DNA of 64,000 nt from Octopus vulgaris (Eukaryota), in NCBI GenBank assembly GCA_951406725.2, contig OX597828.1:744001-808000 (forward strand). Direction: 5' to 3'. Positions 1 through 11,157 of the stretch are shown here, in pieces; position 1 is the first letter of the stretch, and the number at the start of each line of letters is the position of its first letter. The position numbers and the translations under genes are program-made. Below the pieces are notes generated by a model that was not told the DNA's origin, made no database searches, and worked only from the letters and a program-made list of their open reading frames with translations.

Positions 1-502
1 CTGCAAAGTTACTGTTTTTAAGGGTGTCGCGAAGGGCCTTGTTGGAGATCCAGCCTTCCGAGTTCTTGTACAGGGATTAGAAAAAGTGAATGACCGCTGC
101 AATAAGTGCGTGAATCTGAGAGGGAAATATCTATATATATAAAACTCAACTTGTGTGTCTGTGTGTGTATCTGTGTGTGTGTGTGTGTGTGTTTAACTTC
201 CCGGCACATCTCCTCCTAGCCAACAAATCGTAGAACCATAAAAAATGGGTCACTTAAAGTTTAGGCGAATGAAAATTGAACTGCGCTATTTCTGTTCCGA
301 AATTCATCTCGCAAGTGCAAAGATCGATAATGTGTTTGTTTAGGCCTTATTCCATGCATTGAATAGTGAACTTTACTCAGTCAGCTGTTTGACGTGAACT
401 GTGTTCACCACGCGTGCAAGCATGCGTAAATTGCATGAAAAATAAAAAATCAAGATATAAAAACGAATCGCCGTAAACATTGTAGAAATTCGGCAAAGAA
501 AT

Positions 503-2179
503 TTTGAGGACGTCGGTTGTTATTATTTGAACGCGCGTGAAATTGTAAGTTGAAAAAATTGTTGTTGTTGAATTTGTTGTACGTTTGTTGATACGGTTTC
601 TTGTTATACTGTTTCTGTCCGGGCGGCCGTTGTCTGTCTGTGTTGAGACAGACAAAAGGATATGGACCACCCCTCCCTAATGGAGGAGTCGGAGGAGGAA
701 TGGTTATTCGAGACCTTGTCAGAAGCATCGATCTCTGAGGACGAGCTGATCGGCGCTGTGAATAATATGGACATTAAAACCGGGAAAACGTACGCTGGAG
801 CAGCAAAAAAGAAGACGACAGAGGAAAAGGAGATAAGTCTAGAAAAGTTGCCAGGTTTTCAAGCATACATAACTAAAGAAGGTGGTGAGGTAGAACTACT
901 TCCACCAGAGAAACGAGAAGAATGGTTTATGAAGAGAATTATAAAATACCAGACACATGGAAAAGATAACAAGAAAGTAGAAATAATAAAAATGGAAGTT
1001 ATTGAGGAGGCGCTAAGGAGAGAGGAGGAAGAAATCATATACATGGCAAGAGGAAACGAGTTCGGAACTATAATAGTGCAATTTGAAAACAAAAATATAG
1101 CAAGGAAAATAGCAACGAAGACAATAAAAACTGAAAAAGTAACATTATTACCCTCATACATGAACCAAAGAATAAAGAGAATAAGAGTTGAAGGGATACC
1201 CCCCCCCCACATAGAGGGTGAATGGGTCGTCGCGGCGATTATAAAAGATGCGGAAGAAGAGACGGACATTTTGCAAGCGACCGTAAAAAATGATGGTTGG
1301 CGTGGCAAAATGCTAGAGATGAGCGTTCAAGCAGAGGAGGGTGCACTAGAAAAGATGGCGGACAACATAATCTTGGGGAATATAGTAATGAGAGTGTGGG
1401 TGGAGGGCAGAGCACCAAGATGTTATAAGTGTGGACTGAGGGGCCACATAAGAGCCTACTGCCCTCCCCCACAAGAAGAAACTGTAAACCAGGAAAAAGA
1501 GGAGGTGGAGCAGGAAAAAGTTGAGGAGGAAGAAACGGAGGAGGAGAAGGAAGCCCAGACGAAATGGGAGAATGTAAGGAAAAAAAGAAAAAGAAAGAAA
1601 TCGAACTATGTCGAACCCCAACCCACCCCAACACCACCCGCACCCTCTGAGCCCCATCCTTCCCCTGCAAACAAAGATCCCACCCACTCCCCGCCTACAA
1701 GAAAACCAAAAAACGCAGACACACAAAGTAAACAAGATCCCAAGTCCCATTTTTTATGTTTTGTAAAAAAGGAAGACAATGAGAACTCGGAAAGAATCTT
1801 TTGTAAAGATGCATGGTATGAGGGAGACGATGGGAGTTACATGGTGATGGCAGATGAAGTAATGGACACAATGATGATGTTGTGTGTAAATGAGGGTGAA
1901 AAAGTGATTAAGGTGGAATTTTCGGATGAGAAGATAAAAGAGTATGAAAGGATATTTGAGAAAATGATAAGAAAAGAGGGGCTTTTGATTGAAGATGATA
2001 AATGACGATGGGTTATGAAGGACAGGTAAGTGGTGCTGGCAGATGGGGCCGTCAGCATCGCTTTCATATTATCATTCTCAAAATTTTTTTCATCCTACAT
2101 ACTTTTAATTTGTAATGTTCTGTGTCCCCAATGTCTTGTGGTATCCCCTCTGTGTCGCCCCTAGTGGGTAATAAAGAAA
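503..2179 (+). mobile_element. ORF1-only (half-LINE/HAL1-like) non-LTR retroelement, solo copy A
   Basis: Flanked by an exact 20-bp direct repeat TAGAAATTCGGCAAAGAAAT (483-502 and 2180-2199). Contains a single ORF and ends at GGGTAATAAAGAAA. No ORF2. Confidence 0.85.
662..2005 (+). CDS. Tx1/L1-clade ORF1 (gag-like) protein with CCHC zinc knuckle, 447 aa, intact
   Basis: RIRVEGIPP...RVWVEGRAPR followed by the CX2CX4HX4C knuckle CYKCGLRGHIRAYC. Then an acidic stretch, a basic KKRKRKK patch and a Pro-rich linker. Clearly homologous to the ORFs at 56.5-64 kb. Confidence 0.85.
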   Translation: MDHPSLMEESEEEWLFETLSEASISEDELIGAVNNMDIKTGKTYAGAAKKKTTEEKEISLEKLPGFQAYITKEGGEVELLPPEKREEWFMKRIIKYQTHGKDNKKVEIIKMEVIEEALRREEEEIIYMARGNEFGTIIVQFENKNIARKIATKTIKTEKVTLLPSYMNQRIKRIRVEGIPPPHIEGEWVVAAIIKDAEEETDILQATVKNDGWRGKMLEMSVQAEEGALEKMADNIILGNIVMRVWVEGRAPRCYKCGLRGHIRAYCPPPQEETVNQEKEEVEQEKVEEEETEEEKEAQTKWENVRKKRKRKKSNYVEPQPTPTPPAPSEPHPSPANKDPTHSPPTRKPKNADTQSKQDPKSHFLCFVKKEDNENSERIFCKDAWYEGDDGSYMVMADEVMDTMMMLCVNEGEKVIKVEFSDEKIKEYERIFEKMIRKEGLLIEDDK

Positions 2180-3047
2180 TAGAAATTCGGCAAAGAAATG
2201 AATTTTCGGGATGTAGCCTGGAGGGTTTTTTCGTATTAATCGTTTGGACTTTGTGAACACATACCAATTGTTTTCATAACATTTTTAACGCTTTGAATTA
2301 AATGTGACCATTTTGCGTTGATTCTGCAGTTTGTATCACTTTAACCAAATTTTAGCAGGCCGGATTTTTGATCATCACTGCTAGCCCGAAAAGAATAACA
2401 AGCTACATAATGCAAAATTTTTACTTTTAAGTGAACATTTTTCTGGTTGAAATATACCGAAAAATGTTGACTTTGCCTTTTATCCTTTTGGTGTCGATAA
2501 ATTAAGTATAAGCTTGCGTACTGGGGTCGCCATTTTTCGGTGTATTTCAACCAGAAAAATGTACACTTAAAGAGCTACATAATGCAAAATTTTTAATTTT
2601 CAAAAATTCCAATTCTAAACGGTCGAAACAAACCCGAACAACGCCGGGCGATACTGCTAGTGTGGAATAAAATCATAATCAACTGATCCTACTGTATTTT
2701 CTTTTGCCCAAAGCCAGGAACTTTTCAGCCCCACCCACCCCTGTACACACACACACACACACACACACACGTAATCAGCCATAACTTTATATAGCAAATA
2801 TGTAAACAAACCGACGGAGGAATTTAGCTGTTGCATCGAAGCAATGGAGTGACACTGCTGACGAGTCCCAGTTATAGGATGGGGCAATTTATTAGTATAT
2901 ATAAATCTGTTTCTCACACGTCTGTAAGAGTTTTAACTCTTATTTCTAGCAATAACTGTGATTTTAGTACTCACAGTTACAATTAGTGATGACTATATTT
3001 TTCCTATATGGCTTTGAATTGTGGCTAGCTGCTCACATTAATTTTTA

Positions 3048-3084
<37 letters not shown>

Positions 3085-3141
3085 TTCATTTTCTGCATTA
3101 CGATACCAAATATTGATACGCTTCACCATTCTCTTTCCAAG

Positions 3142-3210
3142 GTTCGATCAAAGATTAATCATTTATGATTTATCATACACAAATGATATGAAAATACGTC
3201 CTCTGGTGGT
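3142..3210 (+). CDS. Host WD40-repeat gene, internal exon a (FDQRLIIYDLSYTNDMKIRPLVV)
   Basis: ctctttccaag| ... |gtaagt; phase 2 to phase 2, joining exon b in frame. Confidence 0.75.
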
Positions 3211-3372
3211 GTAAGTAATAAAATCTCTTATCTTTCTTAGTAAGTCTTCTTAAACCTGATTCCAGTCTTCTTACTGTTGCTATTGTTGTTGTTTATCATC
3301 TTCGTCCTCAATCGTCACCATTCACTAAGTCCATCGATTCCACAACTGCTACAAATACCTCCCTCGTCACAG

Positions 3373-3403
<31 letters not shown>

Positions 3404-3548
3404 CAATACCATCACCATCAATATTACCACTTTTATCATCACCCCATTTCTTCCTCTTATCGCTATCACCCACCATCTTTCTTTCTGTAGATCAATCTCT
3501 TCCAAGAAGCACTTGACCCATAAGATATTTCTGTTTATCTTTTTCAAG

Positions 3549-3617
3549 TAAATACAGAGCACATGAAGCTGGACTTACTTGTGTGGTTCCTGCAAGAGAT
3601 TGTGACAACAACTTCTG
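3549..3617 (+). CDS. Host WD40-repeat gene, exon b (KYRAHEAGLTCVVPARDCDNNFW)
   Basis: ctttttcaag| ... |gtaaat; AH..G.T start of a WD repeat; TG|G completes Trp with exon c. Confidence 0.8.
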
Positions 3618-4229
3618 GTAAATATACGCATATACACATACAACGTCATAAGTCTTGAAGCCAATGACATTCCAGATATATCGACGACACCGATGTATAT
3701 TTAGTTCTACGCACACTGTACATTGCACTTAAAAATCACAAGACCAATTTTTCTAAAAAATATAAATGCAGGTTAAAGCAAACATATTCTAGATTCTCAA
3801 AAAAGTACAATTTCGCTCCCAATATAGTTCCATAGTAAATCAGTAAAGACACGGATTAGTGTTATTAAAGACAAACATTTTAAATTTATGCTGTTTAACA
3901 GTGTAGAATTTTAACTAAATCTTTTCTGCTCAGAGTTTTATTTTAAGTTTCACCAAGACCATTGTACCAGTTACTGAATATGGAATCTGAAATTATCACA
4001 GTGCAAAGAAAGAAATATCAGAGTTTTTTACGAACCATATGCCAACTGTTTAATTTTTCTATAGGAATCAACGCGAAATTTTCGAAATATATATTTTGAA
4101 CATATTAAATAAAAAATCTCCTACAATGCAAAAAGATTTTTATGGCGACAATGGTTTTATAGTTTATGTAGTCTCAAGCAATATGAACGGTCACGAGCTA
4201 TACATGACTTCAAAAAGTTGTTTAATGAA

Positions 4230-4570
4230 ATAAGTTTAAGAATTACTGAGCCTCGTCCTAATTTATTCACTAGATAATACCTTTAACTTGAAAACTAATA
4301 ATTTCTTTATTTACCAAAACTTTTATGAAACCTTATTTTAAATCATTCAGAATTCTCTCCCATATTCTAAGAAATTCTGTCACTAATGATGTAAAATATA
4401 TATCCTACTTATCTTCAGATGCAACAATATTCTTTAGAGCTTCTCGCTGCTATAATGAGAATTATCTTCATAATAGTGGTTTTACAAATAAAGTACTACA
4501 CAAATGTGATCAAAGTGGATCAAGAAATATGTTATGATATAACCCAGCCTTTAGCTTAAACGTTCAGAGA
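4230..4570 (+). pseudogene. Degenerate Penelope-like element fragment (region C-terminal to RT)
   Basis: Broken frames resemble the 26.3-kb fragment (LHNSGF...YNPAFSLNV). Boundaries approximate. Confidence 0.35.
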
Positions 4571-5028
4571 TTTAAAATTTAATTTCTTTGAATTTCCCGA
4601 GGAAACAGACAAGATTTTAAAAAGGAATTCGAATCAGGTATCTTGTCTTGTTGAAAAATTTTACAAACTCCATTAATCATTTCAGTTCCGGAAACCTTTT
4701 CAACAACTAGAACGTAGTTTCTTTTAGGTTTTGTAACTGTTTTATCCTCTGATATTTGCATCTCACTTCTCTAGGTTTTTCTAAAGTACTAAGATATTGT
4801 GCTAGAATACAAGAAATTTTGTTTTGATCTAAAATTGCTGTCATCAATATATTCATCATTACAAAAGCAGACAAAATGCCTTGCGGTATTTCAGCTGGCT
4901 TTTTGCCTTCTGAATTCGAATCCCATCGATTTCAACCTTAACTTTCATCCTTTCAGGATCGATAAAGTAAACTACCTATGTAGCCTAATCTTCTCCCCTA
5001 AAATTGCCGACCGTGAAGAAAAGACTAC

Positions 5029-5079
<51 letters not shown>

Positions 5080-5103
5080 TTCTTTTTCTTATAATTATTA
5101 TTA

Positions 5104-5275
5104 AGGCGAGCTGGCAGAATTGCTAGAGCGTCGGGAAAACGCATTTCTGAATTTCTTCCCGACACATTAGGTTCTGGGTTAAAATTTTACAGAGTTCTAC
5201 CTTGTCTTTCGGGATCAATAAAATTACTAGAATGGATGGTATCTAGTAACCCCTCCCCTCAAAATTGCTGCCCTC
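5104..5275 (+). mobile_element. Degenerate tRNA-derived SINE remnant
   Basis: GGCGAGCTGGCAGAATTGCTAG A-box-like head and degenerate GGGTTAAAAT B-box; follows a (TAC)n run. Confidence 0.35.
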
Positions 5276-5329
5276 GTACCATAATTTGAAACCATTATTA
5301 TTTGTTTGTTTCTTTGTTGCATTTCATAG

Positions 5330-5513
5330 GATTGTTACTGGTTCATTCGACAAAACAGTGAAAATCTGGTCCATTGATGGTAACCAAGTGCATAAAATAG
5401 ACAACTTCTTGGCCCCAATATCCAGCATTTGCTACTGCCCACGAGACAGGACAATATGGGTTACTGCTGGCTTACCATCTGCATGTTTGTTTGAACCAAA
5501 GTCAGGGGATAAC
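5330..5513 (+). CDS. Host WD40-repeat gene, exon c (IVTGSFDKTVKIWSIDG...EPKSGDN)
   Basis: tttcatag| ... |gtaagc; canonical WD40 motif TGSFDKTVKIW. Confidence 0.9.
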
Positions 5514-5584
5514 GTAAGCGTTTCGTGCTTTACCTAACTGATCTTCAACAATACTTGTCGCTTCTTTTGACCTCGTATTTGAAC

Positions 5585-5684
5585 TCGTGTTGTTATTGTA
5601 GCTGCTGTTGTTGTTGTTGTTGTTGCTGTTGTTCATTATCGATGTCTCAATCATTACTACTATTGTTGTTGATGCTGTTGCAGT

Positions 5685-5745
<61 letters not shown>

Positions 5746-5960
5746 GTTGCTACTGCTGCTGCTGCTGCCCCTGTTCTTGTTGCTGTTCTTATTGTTGTTA
5801 TTGTCATTGTTGTTGTTTCTGTTATTCTAACTGTTGTTGTTCTCGCTATCATTGGAAACATCTCTGTTGTTATTGTTGTTATTGTTGTTGATGTTGTTGC
5901 TACTGCTGTTGCAGTTGTTTTTATAGATGTTGTCGGAGTCATTACTATTGTTCTTTTCAT
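5585..5960. repeat. Compound trinucleotide low-complexity tract (GTT/TAC/GCT)n
   Basis: Directly visible. Confidence 0.9.
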
Positions 5961-6980
5961 GGTTTCCCTTTCTGCGTTGGATTTCTTCTGGTTACCATTG
6001 CTGTTTAATCTCATGTCAGTTTTTATTGAGAAAACTAATATCCAAAGGCGTCGCAGGAATGATTATGACGCTATTTATAAGTATATAAAACGTTTTTATC
6101 TAATGAGTCTTTTTTCTTTTCAAAAAGATTTGGCTGCTATTTCTAGTAAGTCAAGCGACTAAGTACAGGCCTCTCGCTGACTCTCCTCCCTTACCTTGGC
6201 TCTGTACACCAGGGGCTCTGTACACAATCAAAGAGCCCTCAACTTTACTAAGATACAGCTTATAGAAGTGTATTATATGAATGTTTGTTATTCACTCGTC
6301 CCTTGATGGACAAGTCTTTTGACTCACTTAGTCATAGGCACAATACAAGCACTGTGCTACCTACTTAGAACCAGATAGACTGTACTGTTGTATTTAATTA
6401 CGGGTAGGTGTCGTGCAGATGCTGCCCATTGAGACTGAAACATCTGTAGACGACTGGCCTCTTTCTTATCTCCAGACAAGAAGTCCTTAATCGCATCTCA
6501 GATGTGGAGAATTCTCGATTCTTCAGATTATCACCCTTTCTTATGTGGAGCTGATCTTAATTGCTATTTTATAATTATGACATATCGTCTAGAGGCGGAA
6601 ATAATTGTAAACAAATAAAGGATTTATGTTGCATAGTATGTGATATAACTGTATTTGTCTATCTAATTCAAACGCACATCGTTGGCCACTTTGAGTTATT
6701 TCGCTTAGCTAATTTTTTGTTTCTATCCAATAATTATTTATCGCTCTCTGGATTAATGTTAAGTCTGGAAAGTTAACCAAGCTTATACATGCGGTGTCTT
6801 CAATATGAACATCGAACGCCTTAAATAAATTAATTAAATCTTTCCTATAACTATCGAATGAATGGCTGTTTGTGTGGTGGAAGACTGCAAGACCAACATA
6901 TCTGTTGAATCAAAGTACATCTAAATTGTATAATCCAACCAGCTAATATACTTCAACTCTATCGTATTTACCCACTACAC

Positions 6981-7033
<53 letters not shown>

Positions 7034-7038
7034 TGTGA

Positions 7039-7103
<65 letters not shown>

Positions 7104-7123
7104 CATGCATATATATATTACAG

Positions 7124-7217
7124 GTGACTGAATGCGTGGCGACGTTTCAACAAGAGGATGATGAGAGATATCATCTTCAACTTTTGAAATTTCTACCAGA
7201 GCTGAACCAAGTTGTAG
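7124..7217 (+). CDS. Host WD40-repeat gene, exon d (VTECVATFQQEDDERYHLQLLKFLPELNQVVG)
   Basis: attacag| ... |gtaaga; phase 0 to phase 1. Confidence 0.8.
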
Positions 7218-7779
7218 GTAAGAATGAAATTAATTTCTTATACCGTAACAACATGACCAGAAATATATTATGTTTAAGATTCTGTATCAATAGAATAGAA
7301 CCCTAGGCCTTCTTGTATTTTCCCTATCGTAGGCAAAAGACATACACGTTTCTTGCCAAAATCTTACTATGATTAAACCATCTATGCACAAAATCAACTA
7401 TATTCATAATTTTACAGTGCTGTATGCTAGTGGAGGGTGATAATGAAGTATTTTTCAAAGTTTGATCCACTGCTCCAGAGTCGAACTTGGATATAAAATC
7501 AAGGAAAACTACATTTTTTGTGAAAAACCAAGGCAGTGTGTATACAAAATTTTTAACGTGATTGGCGAAAACGGATAGCATATTAGGATTCAGCTAAAAA
7601 TAGTGCTTCAGAAATACTTGTTTACTTAACAGAAACATTTCTGTCCCAAAATTCTGTATACCTATGTTATTTACCTATCTCAACCGCAAGTGAAACTGAC
7701 GTAACTGGATGATAGATGCGATAGCAAGGTCTTAAATTCTTTTAATCCTTATATATATATTCTGTTTTCTGCGAAGCGA

Positions 7780-9260
7780 TCAAACAACATTTAAGAAATG
7801 ACTTGGAAAATTATAGACTGAAGAAATTGATGCAAGTTACAGAGGAAAGAAAAAGCTTAACAAGATGGAGGGGAGGGCTAACACTCTATAGATCAGCGGT
7901 TACAGCGCTTAAGAACAAGGTAACAAAATGGAAGTGTATGCAAAACCTTCTACACCAACCTTCTTAAATCATCAGCGAAGCTCGATCCCACACCACCATA
8001 AAAGTTGGAAGAGGTGCCTCCTACTCTGATCAATGAAATTGAAAATGCCTTCAAACTGATGAAAACAGACAAAGCTCCTGGGAAAGATAGCATCAGAACA
8101 GAGATGTTACGATGCGGAGTTGAAGAAATGTGGGAAATCCTCGTTCTATGCTTTAATCGCTATCTGAAGGAGAGTATAATACCCTCATACTAGAAAGAGT
8201 CAAATACCATCCTGTTTCATAAGAAATGTGATGAAGAAGATTTTCAAAAAGTATTGCTCAATATACCTCTTGTTTCGTCTCTATAAGCTATTTACAAAAA
8301 GTTAGTCACCAGACTATCAAAACAACTGAACGAACCACAGCCGTGAGAGCAAAGCAGGTTTCCCTAAGAACTATAGTACGATAATCACATATTCACTCTA
8401 ACACTGCTCATACAATGAGTGAACGAATACAATTATCCTCTGTAGATCGCTTTTGTTGATTACGAAAATGCCTTCAATACCGTTGAGAGAAGCGCAGTGT
8501 TCTGGAAATGCAAGTGTCGAGGCGCAATATATCAAACTGCGCAGAGACGAGAACTTTGGATGCACAAAAGACGTTGCTCAATTATAACCACCAGTAAAGT
8601 TGATTAAAGTGTCAAGAAAGGAGATAGTATCTCTCCAAAACACTTTACAGCATGTCTAGAAATGGTCATTAAGGGCATCGACTAGACATGTGACATGAAA
8701 ATCAATGGTGAGCAACTAAGACACCTCCGATTTGCAAATGACATTGTAGTCATCATTGAAACCACAGACTAGCTGCATACCATACTGACTGAGTTGTACA
8801 CTCAGAACTTAGCAGTAGGTCTTAAAATAAACCGCATGGAAAAAATATATGTGGTCGGAAGACGTAGCACAAGGCTGTATAAAGGTAGGAAGCGATGAAA
8901 TATAGGAGTTACAGGAGCACGTCTGCTTAAGGCACACAGTAAATATGCACCGAGATATGAATGCTGAAATCTCAAAGAAAATAAGGGTAGGATGGAAGGT
9001 ATTTAACTCAATAAAGGATGTACTCACAACAAACCTGGATCAAGCATGTCACAAGGTTCACAGACAAGAGGTAGACTCATGCAGTTGCTGAGTCATATTC
9101 AAGAGATAGGAAGAGGCTGCTTGGAAGGCGCCCAAGACAATGGGAAGACGATTTAATCAACCAATTTGGATCAAGATAGAAAAGAATGGCGTAACAAAGA
9201 CAAAATTAGAAGCGCATTGTAATCAGAGGTGTGTAACAGAATTTGATGGTCTAATCAATA
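7780..9260 (+). pseudogene. Degenerate RTE-clade LINE (RT region and 3' part)
   Basis: MKTDKAPGKDSIRTEMLR, AFVDYENAFNTV and LRHLRFANDIV motifs with many stops and frameshifts; boundaries approximate. Confidence 0.8.
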
Positions 9261-9499
9261 CTATGATATATATATATATAAAGAGAGAGAGAGAGATTTT
9301 CTCCGTGGTAACTGTAGTGAATTTGCCTTTAACATTTGAAATATGTCACAAACATATTTTAATTAACCTAAAGTTCGCTTATGCCTAAAGACTGCCTGTC
9401 GCTGATACTGCATAATATATATATACATGTATGTATGTATGTATGTATGTATGTATGTATGTATGTATGTCTCTGCTATTTTTTAATCATTATAAATCT

Positions 9500-10200
9500 T
9501 CCATTGAGGAGGGAATCAGTTTCCAACAAAGATACAAGGCTCCATCTTTGGGTTGTAATTAACACAGACAAATTCACATTTGGAACTTGAGAAAAGTCTT
9601 GCATATTTTTACTGTGCTACTCAAAGATTGCACTTGTAATGTCCCGGTCGATTTCTCTTTCTGAAAATCTCAGTTTATCTAGATTCTCCTTTAAGCATTA
9701 ACTAACAAAACCGAGTGCTTCTATTATTATGTATGCATATCATTCACGTTTTCCTTTTTATTCATAGAGGAGGGGAAAAGGTTAATTTTCGATTCTTTAA
9801 TAAAGTTACAGTTACTAACCTTCTATGTTCTACAAATGTTGCTTGTTGGCGTAGTAGCTTCGCAGTAGAATGGTTTAATTCTGGATGCAGATCGTCCCAA
9901 TATGATTTCAATCGATTGATGTAGCCAACAGCGGAGTTTTGTTTCGCTTTTTCGTAGCAGTTAAATAGATCGTTATTCAATTCATAACTCCAAGGGAAAT
10001 GAATTTTGTAGTTACTATTTCTTCTATAACTACAGCTAAAAAGAATTTGTTAATCTGTTGAGCTGTTGTTTTCGTTCTGTTCTTCGATTTTGTTGTCGTT
10101 GACGTTTTGTCGAGCCATGTTTGTAGTAACTCTCTGCATGCCACATTCAAGATTCAATCGAAAATCACCACGATCGTGAATAAAAGGCTCCCTCAGTTAA
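9500..10200 (-). pseudogene. 5' fragment of an R4/Dong-like (RLE) LINE
   Basis: LFNCYEKAKQNSAVGYINRLKSYWDDLHPELNHSTAKLLRQQA resembles, from memory, the N-terminal region of R4/Dong-type ORFs; flanked by (TATG)n. Confidence 0.4.
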
Positions 10201-10489
10201 TTCATCAGAAGATTAATCAGTAATTTAACAAATCTGATAGTTGTGGCTCCGAAGTTGGAGATAGTATTTTCGATAAATAGTCTCCTACGCCAAATACGCG
10301 ACTTGTCGCTTCGAGTATGTATGTATGTATGTATGTATGTATGTATGTATGTATGTATGTATGTATGTATGTATGTATGTATGTATGTATGTATGCATGC
10401 ATGCATGCATACATGCATGTATGTATGTATGTATGTATGTATGTATGTATGTATGTATGTATGTATGCATGTATGGATGTATATTTTGA

Positions 10490-10650
10490 TTGTATCAGTC
10501 TTTAGACTGCAGCCATGCTGGGGAACCGCCTTGAAGAATTTTTAGTTGAACGAATCGACCTCAGGACTTATCTTTAAAGCCTGGTACTTATTATATCTGT
10601 CTCTTTTGCCGAACCACTAAGTTTTGGGGACGTAAACACACCAAGACAGA
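10490..10650 (-). mobile_element. SINE 3' fragment (same family as 46.3-47.2 kb)
   Basis: GACTGCAGCCATGCTGGGGAACCGCC...GGGGACGTAAACACACCA matches the full copies. Confidence 0.7.
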
Positions 10651-10749
10651 CATAAAGACACACACACAACACAGAGGTACACATACACACTCACACACAC
10701 ACATACACGCGTGCCACTTAACGTTATCGTACGTCTATTTCTATACCAG

Positions 10750-10848
10750 GCTCAACGAGCAGGAAACATCTGATTGTATGGAAATACAATTCTTCCGGTT
10801 GTCTCACGGCGCTGAAGGCCAGGAACTCCCTAGAAAGTTTATGTTACA
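10750..10848 (+). CDS. Host WD40-repeat gene, exon e (GSTSRKHLIVWKYNSSGCLTALKARNSLESLCY)
   Basis: ttctataccag| ... |gtaagt; phase 1 to phase 1. Confidence 0.85.
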
Positions 10849-10880
10849 GTAAGTTTGTCTACTAATCTGTCTGTATGTCA

Positions 10881-10913
<33 letters not shown>

Positions 10914-10948
10914 ATCATAAAATAAATATTTGGGTACCTTTTTCACAG

Positions 10949-11039
10949 CTTCTCAGGAACCCGTTCTATATTTCTCAGCAGACAGCAAAGGAATTTTCAC
11001 ACGATGGGAAAGAACTCAGTCGAATTTCTTCGTGTACAG
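10949..11039 (+). CDS. Host WD40-repeat gene, exon f (TSQEPVLYFSADSKGIFTRWERTQSNFFVYS)
   Basis: ctttttcacag| ... |gtatgg; phase 1 to phase 2. Confidence 0.85.
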
Positions 11040-11157
11040 GTATGGTTTCTTGCATAGAGTGAGTGTCACTGGATGAATTAGATGTAATTAATTGGTTAAC
11101 TAGTTATATTTGATATTATACATTAATATTCTCCTAAATTAATTTTTTGTTTATTTA

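Larger units (their letters stand above)
130..2660 (+). mobile_element. Non-autonomous Helitron, interrupted by the ORF1-only element
   Basis: Starts A|TCTATATATATAAAA at 130. Ends with hairpin CCCGAACAACGCCGGG, a spacer and CTAG|T at 2660, giving an A/T insertion site. The same 3' end recurs on the - strand at 14877 and 17003. Confidence 0.75.

Noticed and set aside
859-1750. Antisense ORFs over ORF1 (also repeated across 56.6-63.1 kb)
   Set aside because: Shadows of a purine-rich sense ORF; they recur only because the units are duplicated and their boundaries are not conserved between subfamilies.
2855-2890. CTGACGAGTCC...GGAT as a hammerhead
   Set aside because: The GAAA half of the core is absent (GGGG instead).
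5502-6162. Poly-Leu/Val/Thr ORFs resembling membrane proteins
   Set aside because: Trinucleotide low-complexity DNA inside the intron between exons c and d, open in several frames.
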